A program made the position numbers and the translations under genes. A DNA stretch of 63,922 bases, filler included, from Acidimicrobiia bacterium (GTDB lineage Bacteria; Actinomycetota; Acidimicrobiia; Spongiisociales; CAZKJJ01), in the NCBI GenBank assembly GCA_046759765.1. It is 9 parts of 9 records of this genome, joined end to end, with 100 filler letters (N's around TTAATTAATTAA, not from the genome) between each part and the next. Parts side by side here need not be neighbours in the genome. Positions count along the whole stretch, not along the records: positions 47,154 to 54,644 come from JBHICV010000124.1; positions 54,745 to 62,025 come from JBHICV010000126.1; 7 more parts are not named here. The stretch is one strand, 5' to 3'. Shown here in pieces: positions 47,450-56,969 of this stretch (its first letter is position 1; every line of letters starts with the position of its first letter). The notes under the pieces are model-generated. The model was not told where the DNA came from. It worked only from the letters and a program-made list of their open reading frames with translations, and made no database searches.

Positions 47450-47857
47450 ATGAAGGCGAAAGACGTCATGACACGGGACGTCAGATTCATACACTCTGAT
47501 GCCTCCGTCGAGGAGGCGGCCAGCATGATGATGCGACACGACGTCGGTGCCCTTCCTGTATTTCGTGAGGGGCTCGTCGTCGGCATCGTCTCGGACGGGG
47601 ACATCGTGAGACGCGGTTTGGGACAAGGGCGGGATCCTCGACGCACGCGGATCGCGGATGTCATGTCCGACCGAGTGCCCTGTTGTTACGAACACCAGGA
47701 CGTCGAGGAAGCCGCCAACATCATGAGCAATAAAGGGGTGCGGGTGCTGCTGGTCGTGGACGAAAGGCGACGACCGGTCGGCATCCTCACTCTTCAGGAT
47801 CTGGCGCGAGGCTCGAGAGACGGCCGACTCGCCCTGACCGTCCTCAGTTCGTCCTGA
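47450..47857 (+). CDS. CBS-pair protein
   Basis: GAGGAG SD; KDVMT, VGALPV, VGIVSDGDI, IADVMS, VGILT..DL. Confidence 0.93.
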   Translation: MKAKDVMTRDVRFIHSDASVEEAASMMMRHDVGALPVFREGLVVGIVSDGDIVRRGLGQGRDPRRTRIADVMSDRVPCCYEHQDVEEAANIMSNKGVRVLLVVDERRRPVGILTLQDLARGSRDGRLALTVLSSS

Positions 47858-47997
47858 GCCTGGAGCCCGGCCGGTACGGGGTTTCGATTGCGGTGTCTTA
47901 CAGGGATTATGCCAGACAGGAAAACCGGCGGCTCTCCACCGGGTCCCCGGGACGAAGCGGCAGGACGGGTTTTTCAGCTGCCGCGGCGCACGACATC

Positions 47998-49116
47998 ATG
48001 CTGACCCTTGACGAGCTGAAGCGGATCGCTAGTCTGAGCAGTCCCGAGGGTATTGTCAGCCTTTATCTCACTATCGATCCCGTTCGGGGCGCAACGCGAG
48101 GACAGCTCCTTAGGAACTTCAAGAGTGCACTGAAGCGGTTCGATCGGCGGTCGGATAGTGACAGCTGGCGGGCGGCCGCCGAGCGTGAGCGGAAGCGCAT
48201 AGAGGCCTATCTGAAGAAGAGTACGACTCGCGGACTCGCGCTCTTCTCTTGTGAACCGGAAGATATCTGGGAGGTAGTCGAGCTACAGACACCCGTTTCT
48301 AACTTCCTCGATGTTGGTTCGACGACTCGGACGGCCCTCCTGGCTCAAATACTGGACCAGTATCCGCGGCTGGTCGTCGCCGTCGTCCAGCGCGACCGAG
48401 CCCTAATCTATGTCACGGAGCAGCGCCGGAGCGGTAAGCGGGCCGAGCTTGAGACGGACGTGCCCGGTCAGCACCGCGCCGGAGGTTGGTCTCAGAGCCG
48501 CTTCGAGCGGCACATCGAGGTGCACTTTGGTAACCATTTGAAGGAGCTTGTATACCGGCTGGAGGGACTTCACAAACAGTATCCCTTTAACCGTCTGGCT
48601 TTCGGTGGAGCCGACGAAGTGACGTCGGAGCTAATCAGACACCTCCCCGGGCAATTGTCACAGAGCGTCATCGGCACGTTTCCGGTTGATTTCAAGCATG
48701 AAAGCGAAGAGGAGATCATCGAACGAGCTCGCCGTCTGCGCGAAGAGGACAAGCGCAAGAAGGAGTTGAAGCTCGTGAACCAGGTGATCGATGGATCGGA
48801 AAGCGAGAGCGCGAAGTCAGCAGTCTCGGGATTGGACGACACACTCGAGGCTCTCAACCTGCGTGCGGTTCGCGCTCTGGTGCTGGTCGATGGTCTGCTG
48901 GTCGAGGGCGCGGAGTGTCCGACTTGCGGCTACCTCGCTACTGCGAGCTCGGAACCATGTCCGGGCTGCGGCGGGTTGATGGAGTCATCGTCGAACATCG
49001 TCGACAGAGCCGTGGAGCATGCGTGCCTGTCGGACGCGAAGGTGGATGTCGTCTTCGGAGTGGCACGCGAGCGGCTTCTCGCGAAGGACGGGATTGGTGG
49101 TTTGCTTCGGTTTTGA
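47998..49116 (+). CDS. Bacterial archaeo-eukaryotic release factor-like protein (baeRF10-like) with Zn ribbon
   Basis: VSLYL, GLALF, GGWSQSRFERH catalytic loop, CPTC..CPGC, terminal GIGGLLRF. ATG at 47998 preferred. Confidence 0.85.
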   Translation: MLTLDELKRIASLSSPEGIVSLYLTIDPVRGATRGQLLRNFKSALKRFDRRSDSDSWRAAAERERKRIEAYLKKSTTRGLALFSCEPEDIWEVVELQTPVSNFLDVGSTTRTALLAQILDQYPRLVVAVVQRDRALIYVTEQRRSGKRAELETDVPGQHRAGGWSQSRFERHIEVHFGNHLKELVYRLEGLHKQYPFNRLAFGGADEVTSELIRHLPGQLSQSVIGTFPVDFKHESEEEIIERARRLREEDKRKKELKLVNQVIDGSESESAKSAVSGLDDTLEALNLRAVRALVLVDGLLVEGAECPTCGYLATASSEPCPGCGGLMESSSNIVDRAVEHACLSDAKVDVVFGVARERLLAKDGIGGLLRF

Positions 49117-49796
49117 GGTGCCTGAAATGTCCGAATGCCCTTGAACGTGGGTAAAAGCGGATCGGAAGTCCTCTGGTCGAAGGTGAGGACTTTCTCGAAC
49201 CAGGGAGTTTGAGCTCACCGCGGCTGAGCCAGATGATTTCTTCCTCGAGCCGATCCCGCTCGACCGGCCGAATATCGCGGATCCCGTCCGCTTGTAGGAG
49301 GAGCTTGTGAATTCCCATAGTCCTGGCGAGCTCGAACCCGCCCGAACCAGCTGGCGGGACTCCACATGCTCGCGACGCTCACTCGTCGTTGGTGGACCGA
49401 CACTGCTCGACAATGGACCATTACTATCTACCGGATGTCAGCCCGGTGAGCATGGTCGTCGTTTGACTCTCAACCGCGAACGCCCCCTGAGGGATATTGG
49501 CCGGGAGTCAATATCAAGGCCTCTACGTTTCAGAGTGGCCATATTGGCGAGCCCCCCACTTCGACGAAGGCACGAGTGGGATTTTTCGACACCTCTCCTT
49601 CTTCGATGGCGATGAACAGCCGGCTGTGGTGCTCTTAGGCACGGCGCCAACCTGGCGATACCAGGAATCACGAAGTACTCTAGCGACAATGCTGGGCGTC
49701 GTGGACTGCCTAGAGGTCCTGATGCGCCGAACTTCGTCCTTGGCCACGGCGTCATGGCCACCTTTGGCTAATCTGAACGCGGGGAATCGCCGTTTT

Positions 49797-50027
49797 CTAT
49801 CGTTCTGGGAGCCAGCGCCAAAGCGCCCACCACGGAGCGCGGAGTAAGCGAAGGCGCGCTCGCTCGCCCGGCTCCAGCCGGTCCGGGGTCGAAGCTGCTT
49901 TCATTGCGAGGACGTACCTCTCCCTCTCGACACTCTTTTGCCATCGCCGGTGCGCGTAGTATGTCCAACCGATGAGCAGGGCCCCAATGATCCCAACCGT
50001 GAAGATCCATCCGGGGAGAGATTCCAT
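49797..50027 (-). CDS. Small single-TM hypothetical protein
   Basis: MESLPGWIFTVGIIGALLIGWTYYAHRRW...; starts 8 nt after the upstream gene's stop. Confidence 0.45.
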   Translation of the reverse strand: MESLPGWIFTVGIIGALLIGWTYYAHRRWQKSVERERYVLAMKAASTPDRLEPGERARLRLLRAPWWALWRWLPER

Positions 50028-50035
50028 CAGGTGTT

Positions 50036-50383
50036 TCAATGCCCCCCTGATCGGGATTCCTCCTCGATAATAGGCTGCCTGAGCCTCACCACGTAGACCT
50101 CGTCCTGTTTGGTTACGACCACAACCACCGCTTCGGATGACGGTTGGTATACCGAGACGGCTCGCTGGATATCGTTGCCTGCCAAGGCGAACTCGGGCTC
50201 GGAAGCAGCAACGTAGAAGGGTGTCGCTTGCGGAATGGTTCCCGTCCACATTTCACTATAGAAAACGGCGCCCCTTCCATGCTGGGCGTTTCCTATACGC
50301 GCGCAAGCCCACAGCATTTCACTCTTTCGAGCCACTAGGTCAACGATGCGTTCGTATTCTCCGAGTTTGCTGTCGGGCTTCAT
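50036..50383 (-). CDS. Hypothetical protein
   Basis: GAGG 4 nt before ATG at 50383; globular alpha/beta-looking sequence (A..G...HGRGAV...Y.P..E.VVVV); promoter upstream. Confidence 0.55.
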   Translation of the reverse strand: MKPDSKLGEYERIVDLVARKSEMLWACARIGNAQHGRGAVFYSEMWTGTIPQATPFYVAASEPEFALAGNDIQRAVSVYQPSSEAVVVVVTKQDEVYVVRLRQPIIEEESRSGGH

Positions 50384-50600
50384 CAGGCCTCGTGCCGTTG
50401 CCGGGTCGAGAAGCGAGGTCAAAGATAGCTCGCGTTTGAATTGGACCCGTGGTCGCCCCAACGTCAGGGCTATAGGGGTCGCTCAGGTGCAGTCCAGCGG
50501 TGGGGGAGGACGGTCGAGGGGCTCGATCGGGAGGTAGAACAGCAGGCGGGTCAGGGTGCCCCCACCCGGGGTAAGCTGGTGCCACACATCCATCGTACTC

Positions 50601-50629
50601 AAACTACAGCCTTGCAGAACGCCTGTCAA
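50601..50629 (-). promoter_or_regulatory. Sigma70-type promoter
   Basis: TTGACA-17 bp-TAGTTT. Confidence 0.6.
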
Positions 50630-50697
50630 CCTCTTTCACAAATACCGTTAATTAGGCGGTTTACATGGACTTCCGGGACCACCCCACGAACAAACCA

Positions 50698-50727
50698 TTG
50701 AAAATCTATACGTGGTCGATGTATCAT
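50698..50727 (+). promoter_or_regulatory. Sigma70-type promoter for the methyltransferase-ABC-asnB operon
   Basis: TTGAAA-18 bp-TATCAT, about 50 nt upstream of the start. Confidence 0.55.
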
Positions 50728-50779
50728 CTCAGCGATTCTGGAAACCGTCATTTCGGGCCACGGGAAAGGAACGCGCTTG

Positions 50780-51613
50780 ATGACCATGACCGCGGAGCCA
50801 GTTTGGAAGGAACGACTTTCGACGATGGAAACAAACATCGAGGCGATCCAGCTCCCCTCAGAGAGCGATCGGAAGCTATCGCAAGATGAGGAGTGGTGCG
50901 TCGTAACCGCCGACGGTAGCCGGAAGCGGATTCGCTTTCACGATTACGCCTCTATCTACGAGATTCCGGGGCTCTACGAACAACTCTTCTACGACCGTCT
51001 CAAATGCAGCTCTCCGTTCCGGGTGAGCCGGCTCCTTGCCGACGTTATGCGAGAACACCGTCTGGCGCCGGAGGATTTGAGGGTGCTGGATCTGGGGGCC
51101 GGCAACGGAATGGTCGGCGACGAGCTCCATGCCCTCGGTGTGAAGACCGTCGTGGGAGTCGATATCATCCCTGAAGCCCGTTCCGCGGCCCTTCGCGACC
51201 GAAAAGGGATCTACCAGGAGTACCTGGTTACGGACATGACCGATTTGCCGGAGGACAAGGCCCGGCGACTAGTCTCCATGCACCTCAACTGCCTGACCAC
51301 GGTGGCGACGCTGGGCTTTGGCGACATCCCTCCCAAGGCCTTCGCAACTGCCCTTTCTCTGGTCTCGACTCCGGGTTGGCTCGCTTTCAACATCAAGGAG
51401 GACTTCCTGTACGAGCGGGATGACTCGGGGTTCGCGCGCCTGGTCCGGGAGCTCAGCCGCAGCGAAGTGATTCGGATCGAGGCGTATCGACGTTACCGAC
51501 ATCGGCTGGCGATCGACGGCCGACCCATCTACTACGTCGCCATGATCGCGAGCAAGCAGAAGAAGAGTCCTCTTTCTTCACACGAAGGGGCGGATCTACC
51601 GCGCCTGCAGTGA
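50780..51613 (+). CDS. Class I SAM-dependent methyltransferase with distinctive N-terminal extension
   Basis: VLDLGAGNG motif I, VGVDI motif II; N-terminal QDEEW...RFHDY..IY.IPGLYEQLFYDRLKC.SP. Confidence 0.9.
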   Translation: MTMTAEPVWKERLSTMETNIEAIQLPSESDRKLSQDEEWCVVTADGSRKRIRFHDYASIYEIPGLYEQLFYDRLKCSSPFRVSRLLADVMREHRLAPEDLRVLDLGAGNGMVGDELHALGVKTVVGVDIIPEARSAALRDRKGIYQEYLVTDMTDLPEDKARRLVSMHLNCLTTVATLGFGDIPPKAFATALSLVSTPGWLAFNIKEDFLYERDDSGFARLVRELSRSEVIRIEAYRRYRHRLAIDGRPIYYVAMIASKQKKSPLSSHEGADLPRLQ

Positions 51614-52371
51614 TCGCCTTTCAGGACATCTCAAAATCTTTCGACGGAGGGCACAGTTTTGCCGTCCATACCCTCAGCCTCGAGGTTCCGGATGGTGAAA
51701 CCCTCGTGCTGTTGGGGTCCTCCGGGTCCGGGAAGACCACGCTCCTCAAGATGGTGAATGGACTGGTCCAACCAACGAGCGGCACCGTCTCCGTCGACGG
51801 TGAGGAAACCGCCCACACGGACCCTGTCGCTCTACGCCGTTCCCTCGGGTACGTCTTCCAGGGTATCGGCCTCTTTCCGCACCTGACCGTGGAGCAAAAT
51901 GTCGGCATCGTTCCGAGGCTTCTGGGATTCCAGGCGAACGAGCAGCGACGTCGGGCCCAGGAAATGCTGGAGCTCGTGGGCCTTGAACCTTCCGTCTACG
52001 GAGAGCGGTTTCCGGAGGAGCTCTCGGGAGGTCAACAGCAAAGAGTCGGGGTTGCGCGCGCCCTCGCCGCCGAGCCAGCGCACTTGCTTATGGACGAGCC
52101 CTTTGGTGCTCTCGATGCCGTGACCCGAGACGAGCTTCAACAAGAGCTACTGTCCCTCAAGAAGAGGCTTCACAAGACCATCTTGTTCGTAACCCACGAC
52201 GTCTTCGAAGCGATTCGGCTTGGAGATCGTATCGCCGTCCTGCACGAGGGCCGGCTCGAACAGGTGGGCGCTCCCCGAGAGGTTCTTCGACAGCCCGCGA
52301 CCCCATACGTCGAGCAACTCGTCGGAAGAATCCAGGAGCAGTTGCACGTAATCGCCGAGCTGCTCACCTGA
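51610..52371 (+). CDS. Osmoprotectant (OpuCA/ProV-like) ABC ATP-binding protein, no CBS domains
   Basis: GSSGSGKT, LRRSLGYVFQGIGLFPH, LSGGQQQR, LMDEPFGALD. Confidence 0.93.
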   Translation: MIAFQDISKSFDGGHSFAVHTLSLEVPDGETLVLLGSSGSGKTTLLKMVNGLVQPTSGTVSVDGEETAHTDPVALRRSLGYVFQGIGLFPHLTVEQNVGIVPRLLGFQANEQRRRAQEMLELVGLEPSVYGERFPEELSGGQQQRVGVARALAAEPAHLLMDEPFGALDAVTRDELQQELLSLKKRLHKTILFVTHDVFEAIRLGDRIAVLHEGRLEQVGAPREVLRQPATPYVEQLVGRIQEQLHVIAELLT

Positions 52372-53930
52372 TGGAAGCCTCACGTTGGGCCGAGCTTTGG
52401 CTGAGGATAGGCGAGCACCTCATCCTCACCGGCGCTTCGACCGTGTTCGCTATCGTGGTCGGGATCCCTCTGGGTATTTTGGCCGCGCGGCATGGTGCGT
52501 TGCGGGGAGTGGTGCTGAGCATTGTCGGCATTCTCCAGACGATTCCAAGCCTCGCCATGCTCGCGCTTCTTCTCGTCCTGTTCCGGCAGATCGGGGCTCT
52601 ACCCGCCATTACCGCCCTATCCCTCTACGCGCTCTTGCCGATCGTGCGCAACACTCTGGCGGGTTTCGAGAACATCGCGCCCTCGATTGGCGAGGCCGCC
52701 GACGGAGTCGGGATGAGCTCGCCCCAGCGTCTTCTCATCGTGGAGCTTCCGCTGGCTGCTCCGATCATCGTTGCTGGGATACGAACGGCGGCAGTGGTCG
52801 GCGTCGGCATCGCGACGCTTTTGGCCTTCATTGGAGCCGGTGGGTTAGGTCAGTTCATCAACCGGGGCTTGGCACTCGCGCGCTACGATCTCATCCTTCT
52901 CGGCGCCATACCGGCGGCCATCCTTGCGCTCGCGGTCGACTTCAGCTTGGGAGCGGCCGCGTGGGGACTTCGAGCCCCCCGGCGGCGAGAAAGAGCCCGG
53001 TGGAAAGCGCGCCTCAAACCCGTCGCCGCATGGTCACCAACGCTCCTGGTGCTGCTCGCTGCGCTTTCGCTTCATCTTGGCGACTCGACGGGCGGACCTG
53101 GGTCCGCGCACCGGCAGGGAGTGATCCGCATCGGGAGCAAGAATTTCACCGAACAGCTTCTTTTGGCGGAGCTCATCGCGCAGCTCGTAGAAGCGCGCAC
53201 CAACCTGCGGGTGGAGCGATACCCGAACCTCGGCGGCACGATGATCTGCCACAAGGCGCTCGTATCGGGTGAGCTCGATCTGTACGTGGAATATTCGGGC
53301 ACGGCGCTCTCGGCGGTCTTGAATCTGCAGATGCCGGAATCCCCGCACAGAGTCTGGGCTATGGTGACCAAAGAGTATCGTGAACGCTTCGATTTGGAGT
53401 GGCTGGAACCACTGGGATTCAACAATAGCTACACCATCGCGGTACGCCGCGACGATGCGCGACGGCACGGATGGAATACCGTCTCCGATCTCGGCCGGGA
53501 CGCGCCACGCCTGCGGGGAGGGTTTACCGCCGAGTTCGCCGAGCGCGCCGACGGCTACCCGGGCTTGAGCCGCACCTATGGTTTCGAGTTCGCCGAGGTG
53601 CGCGACTTGGACCCGGCGTTGATGTACCGCGCCCTCGCCAGAGAGGAAGTCGACGCCATCGCGGCCTTCGCGACCGATGGACGCATCGAGGCCTACGACC
53701 TCCAGACTTTGGAGGACGATGCGTCCTACTTCCCTCCGTACCAAGCCGCGCCCGTGGCTCGTCGGCAAGTGCTAGAACGCTGGCCAAGGCTCCGTCCGAC
53801 CCTGGCGGATTTGGCTGGTCGTATCGACGACACCGCGATGCGCCGACTCAATGCCGCGGTGGACGAGGGGAAACGTTCGCCGGAGTCCGTCGCCAGTGAG
53901 TTTCTCCGACAACAAGGGCTTATGCCGTAA
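52371..53930 (+). CDS. Fused permease + substrate-binding protein, glycine betaine/choline (OpuBC-type) ABC family
   Basis: QTIPSLA, LPIVRNT, VELPLA, GAGGLG; binding domain IGSKNFTEQ, YVEYSGT, GFNNSY, FATDGRI, YFPPY. Confidence 0.93.
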   Translation: MEASRWAELWLRIGEHLILTGASTVFAIVVGIPLGILAARHGALRGVVLSIVGILQTIPSLAMLALLLVLFRQIGALPAITALSLYALLPIVRNTLAGFENIAPSIGEAADGVGMSSPQRLLIVELPLAAPIIVAGIRTAAVVGVGIATLLAFIGAGGLGQFINRGLALARYDLILLGAIPAAILALAVDFSLGAAAWGLRAPRRRERARWKARLKPVAAWSPTLLVLLAALSLHLGDSTGGPGSAHRQGVIRIGSKNFTEQLLLAELIAQLVEARTNLRVERYPNLGGTMICHKALVSGELDLYVEYSGTALSAVLNLQMPESPHRVWAMVTKEYRERFDLEWLEPLGFNNSYTIAVRRDDARRHGWNTVSDLGRDAPRLRGGFTAEFAERADGYPGLSRTYGFEFAEVRDLDPALMYRALAREEVDAIAAFATDGRIEAYDLQTLEDDASYFPPYQAAPVARRQVLERWPRLRPTLADLAGRIDDTAMRRLNAAVDEGKRSPESVASEFLRQQGLMP

Positions 53931-54644
53931 TGTGTGGCATCGTTGGCGTATGGGGAACTCCGGCGACGGCAGAAGATGCGAAGCTCGTCGATCGCATGAT
54001 GGGCACTCTCGTTCACCGGGGCCCAGATGCGGCCGGCAAGCTGAGGAGCGCGCACGGCACCTTAGGGCACCGTCGCCTTTCCATCATGGATCCCGCAGGG
54101 GGTGATCAACCGATCCGATCGGACACGGGGAGGGCCATCGTCGGCAATGGCGAGATCTACAACTTCCCTGAGATTAGGCGCAGTTTAGCCGGGCGCTGCT
54201 GCTTCCACACCGGAAGCGACACGGAAGCTGCTCTTCACCTGTACGACGTGGAGGGGGTCGCGCTACCGACAAGCCTGGATGGGATGTTCGCCTTCGTGAT
54301 TGCTGACGGCGAGCAATTGTACGCGGCGCGCGATCCACTGGGCATCAAGCCTCTCTATCTAGCAGAGAAGGATGGTCGGCTCTTGTTCGCTTCCGAGCTG
54401 AAGGCCTTTCCTTCGAATATATCCGAGGCGAAGGAGTTTCCACCAGGCGCGTGGTTCCACTCTGAGACAGGTTTCCAGAGTTACTACGAGCTCCCGAAGC
54501 ATCGACCGAGTCCGCAGAGTCAAACCGACCCAGGCGCGCTGGCCTTAGCGGTGAGATCCACCATCGAAGACGCCGTCCAAAAGCGTCTTATGAGCGATGT
54601 TCCCGTCGGCGCGTTCCTTTCTGGAGGACTTGACAGCGGCATCG
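53930..54644 (+). CDS. asnB: Asparagine synthetase-like glutamine amidotransferase, N-terminal part
   Basis: MCGI (Ntn Cys), HRGPD, GHRRLSI, NGEIYN, RDPLGIKPLY, SDVPVGAFLSGGLDS. TAATG overlap; cut by contig end. Confidence 0.93.
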
Positions 54645-54744
54645 NNNNNNNNNNNNNNNNNNNNNNNNNNNNNNNNNNNNNNNNNNNNTTAATTAATTAA
54701 NNNNNNNNNNNNNNNNNNNNNNNNNNNNNNNNNNNNNNNNNNNN
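54645..54744. other. Artificial contig linker
   Basis: N44-TTAATTAATTAA-N44. Confidence 0.99.
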
Positions 54745-54746
54745 AT

Positions 54747-55307
54747 CCCTTCAGCTTCTCAGGCGAGCACTACACGATTACGGAACTCGACGGTCTTCCC
54801 AAACCGCTGCAGCAGCCTCATCCTGCGATCTTCATCGGGAGCGGCGGTCGACGCCTTCTTTCCTTCGCAGCCAACGAGGCTGACATTGTGGGTATTACGT
54901 TGCGTGCGCGCCGTGAAGGCGGAACTGAGACCCGAGAGGCGACCAAGGAAAAGCTGTCCGAGAAGGTGGGCTGGGTCAAGGACGCGGCCGGAGAACGATT
55001 CGGAGACCTGGAACTCAACATTCTGCTCTTCAAGACAATCGTCACCGACAACCCGGAGGCGGCAGCCGAGCAGATTGCCGGAATGCCCCTCTCCGCCACC
55101 GAGCGGTACCGCAAAGACGCGAAACGGTCCGCCGCGCTCACTCCGGAATTGATACTGGCCTCGCCCCACTTCCAACTTGGATCAGTTCAACAGATCGTCG
55201 AGAACCTGCAGGCTCTCCGAGAGCAATACGGCGTCTCTAACTTCGGGATCTATCCCGAAGATGTGGAGACCTTTAGCCCGGTCGTTGAGCAACTGGCAGG
55301 GCGTTAG
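54747..55307 (+). CDS. LLM-class (probably F420-dependent) oxidoreductase, C-terminal part
   Basis: Frame open from the contig start: FSFSGEHY...PKPLQQPHPAIFIGSGGRRLLSFAANEADIVG...SPH...GS..QIVE.L...RE.YGVS. Confidence 0.88.
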   Translation, partial: PFSFSGEHYTITELDGLPKPLQQPHPAIFIGSGGRRLLSFAANEADIVGITLRARREGGTETREATKEKLSEKVGWVKDAAGERFGDLELNILLFKTIVTDNPEAAAEQIAGMPLSATERYRKDAKRSAALTPELILASPHFQLGSVQQIVENLQALREQYGVSNFGIYPEDVETFSPVVEQLAGR

Positions 55308-55407
55308 GGGCATCGGACTCCAGCCAAGTCTCCGTAAGCCACAAGCAGGGCTGCTCATGGGAACGGTGGAGGCCGCCTCCGGGTCGGGGGTCGCTATGGT
55401 CCGATAA

Positions 55408-56211
55408 GTGGGACGCTCGTCTGTCGTCCTCGTGACCCTTCTGCTCGCCCAGGCCTGTGGCCAAGGAGCGACGCCAACCACCACAACACCGGCGGCCCTG
55501 CCCCCGCCGGCCGACGCCACCACCGTCGCTCCCGCCCCGACAACGGTTCCACCGGTGGAAACGACCGAGGTTTCGCCCACCACCACTGTGGCCGCGGTGG
55601 CTCAACGAGACGTGACGTTCGTGACGTCCGACGATTTCACACTGGAAGGAACGGTGTTCGACGGAGGTCCGGATTGGGTGATCCTGGCGCACATGTTCCC
55701 GAGCACTCAGACAGGATGGTTTGGCTTCGCCAGAAACGCCGCCCGGGACGGCTTCACGGCCCTAACGTTCAACTTCCGCGGCTACGGGAACTCTGACGGA
55801 CCCAAGGAGCCCTTCCGGGTTGACGTCGATGTTGTAGCCGCCATCGACTTCGCCGAGTCTCAGGGAGCTCAGCGTGTCTGGCTCATTGGAGCGTCGATGG
55901 GTGGCGCCGGATCGTTGGCCGCGGCACCTGACCGGACTTCCGTCGTGGGCGTGGCCACACTGTCGGCTCCGACCGGTTGGATGGGGACCGACGCGTTGGG
56001 CGCAGTTCCTCAGATCACGGTTCCCAAACTGTTCATCGCCGCCGAGGGTGACGGAGGATTCGCCGCCTCCGTTTCGGAGTTCGTCGCCGCCTCGGCGGAG
56101 CCCGTGGACTCGAAGATGTTTACGGGATCGCGCCACGGCACCGAGCTCTTCGCTGAGCATGGTGAGGAGCTGACGGCGCTATTGCTCGACTTCCTCATGA
56201 GCCCCCGATAG
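55408..56211 (+). CDS. Alpha/beta hydrolase lipoprotein
   Basis: Lipobox AQAC, P/T linker, FNFRGYG, GASMG, AEGD, RHG. Confidence 0.88.
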   Translation: MGRSSVVLVTLLLAQACGQGATPTTTTPAALPPPADATTVAPAPTTVPPVETTEVSPTTTVAAVAQRDVTFVTSDDFTLEGTVFDGGPDWVILAHMFPSTQTGWFGFARNAARDGFTALTFNFRGYGNSDGPKEPFRVDVDVVAAIDFAESQGAQRVWLIGASMGGAGSLAAAPDRTSVVGVATLSAPTGWMGTDALGAVPQITVPKLFIAAEGDGGFAASVSEFVAASAEPVDSKMFTGSRHGTELFAEHGEELTALLLDFLMSPR

Positions 56212-56272
56212 ACGACAAGAGAGGCGCTCGCGCAACCGACCGCCGCTAACGGAGCTCGAGCACTGGAACGGG

Positions 56273-56734
56273 TTAGGCGGTTTGGGTGCCGAGGCGATCG
56301 TAGATGCGGAGCAGGAGCTGCTTGGCGACGATCATCGCCACGATCAGGCTCACGATCTCGACGAGGCCACGGAGCTCGACGTGGTCCCCGAAGACGATGT
56401 CGACCGCTTCGAGGATCACGAACTTGCTCCCAAAGAGTATGGCCCACATCGAAAGGGGCCCCAGAATCCGGTAGACGGCGCCCTGGCGGGCCTGGAAGAA
56501 GGCGTGAACTCGGTGTTCGAATCCGAAGACGACATCCAGCAATGCTTTTAGCAAAACAGCGGTGAAGATCGAGATCGTGAACGAGTCGATCACGATGGAG
56601 TCCACGTACTCGACGAACAGGTTGAGAACCACGGTGTAGACCAGCACGTCGAGCATCCAGGACGCGAACCGCTGTTGGGCCGTGGTGGTCGTCCTCAGCC
56701 TTGTCTCTTCCGAACGTCGCTTGTCCGATGCCAT
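56273..56734 (-). CDS. Hypothetical 4-TM membrane protein
   Basis: GAGGAG SD; DVLVY.VVLNLFVEY, IDSF, W.ILF.SKF.ILE. Confidence 0.8.
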   Translation of the reverse strand: MASDKRRSEETRLRTTTTAQQRFASWMLDVLVYTVVLNLFVEYVDSIVIDSFTISIFTAVLLKALLDVVFGFEHRVHAFFQARQGAVYRILGPLSMWAILFGSKFVILEAVDIVFGDHVELRGLVEIVSLIVAMIVAKQLLLRIYDRLGTQTA

Positions 56735-56969
56735 TGCTCTCCTCGCCGAAACCGCAAGCTAGCGGTGGTAGGACTCGTCCGAGCCTCCTCGCTCTACTGT
56801 CTTCGAGGTCTGGTCTGGATCATCACATCAGATTGATCATCTGCATCATCAACCGGAACGGCGGCTAGGACTATCGGATTGGTTGACCGTTCGCGCTAAG
56901 AAGAGGGCAACGAGCTCAATGCCGCCAGTGATCGGTTAGGTCCCAAAGAAGCAACCTATTGCGTGCTTC

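Noticed and set aside
49120..49790. Several short overlapping ORFs after the release-factor gene
   Set aside because: No motif, SD or consistent frame; cannot support a call.
50780..54644. Ergothioneine biosynthesis (EgtD + EgtC) reading of the methyltransferase/amidotransferase pair
   Set aside because: The amidotransferase has an AsnB synthetase domain (SGGLDS), unlike EgtC. The methyltransferase lacks recognisable EgtD features and no EgtB is present.
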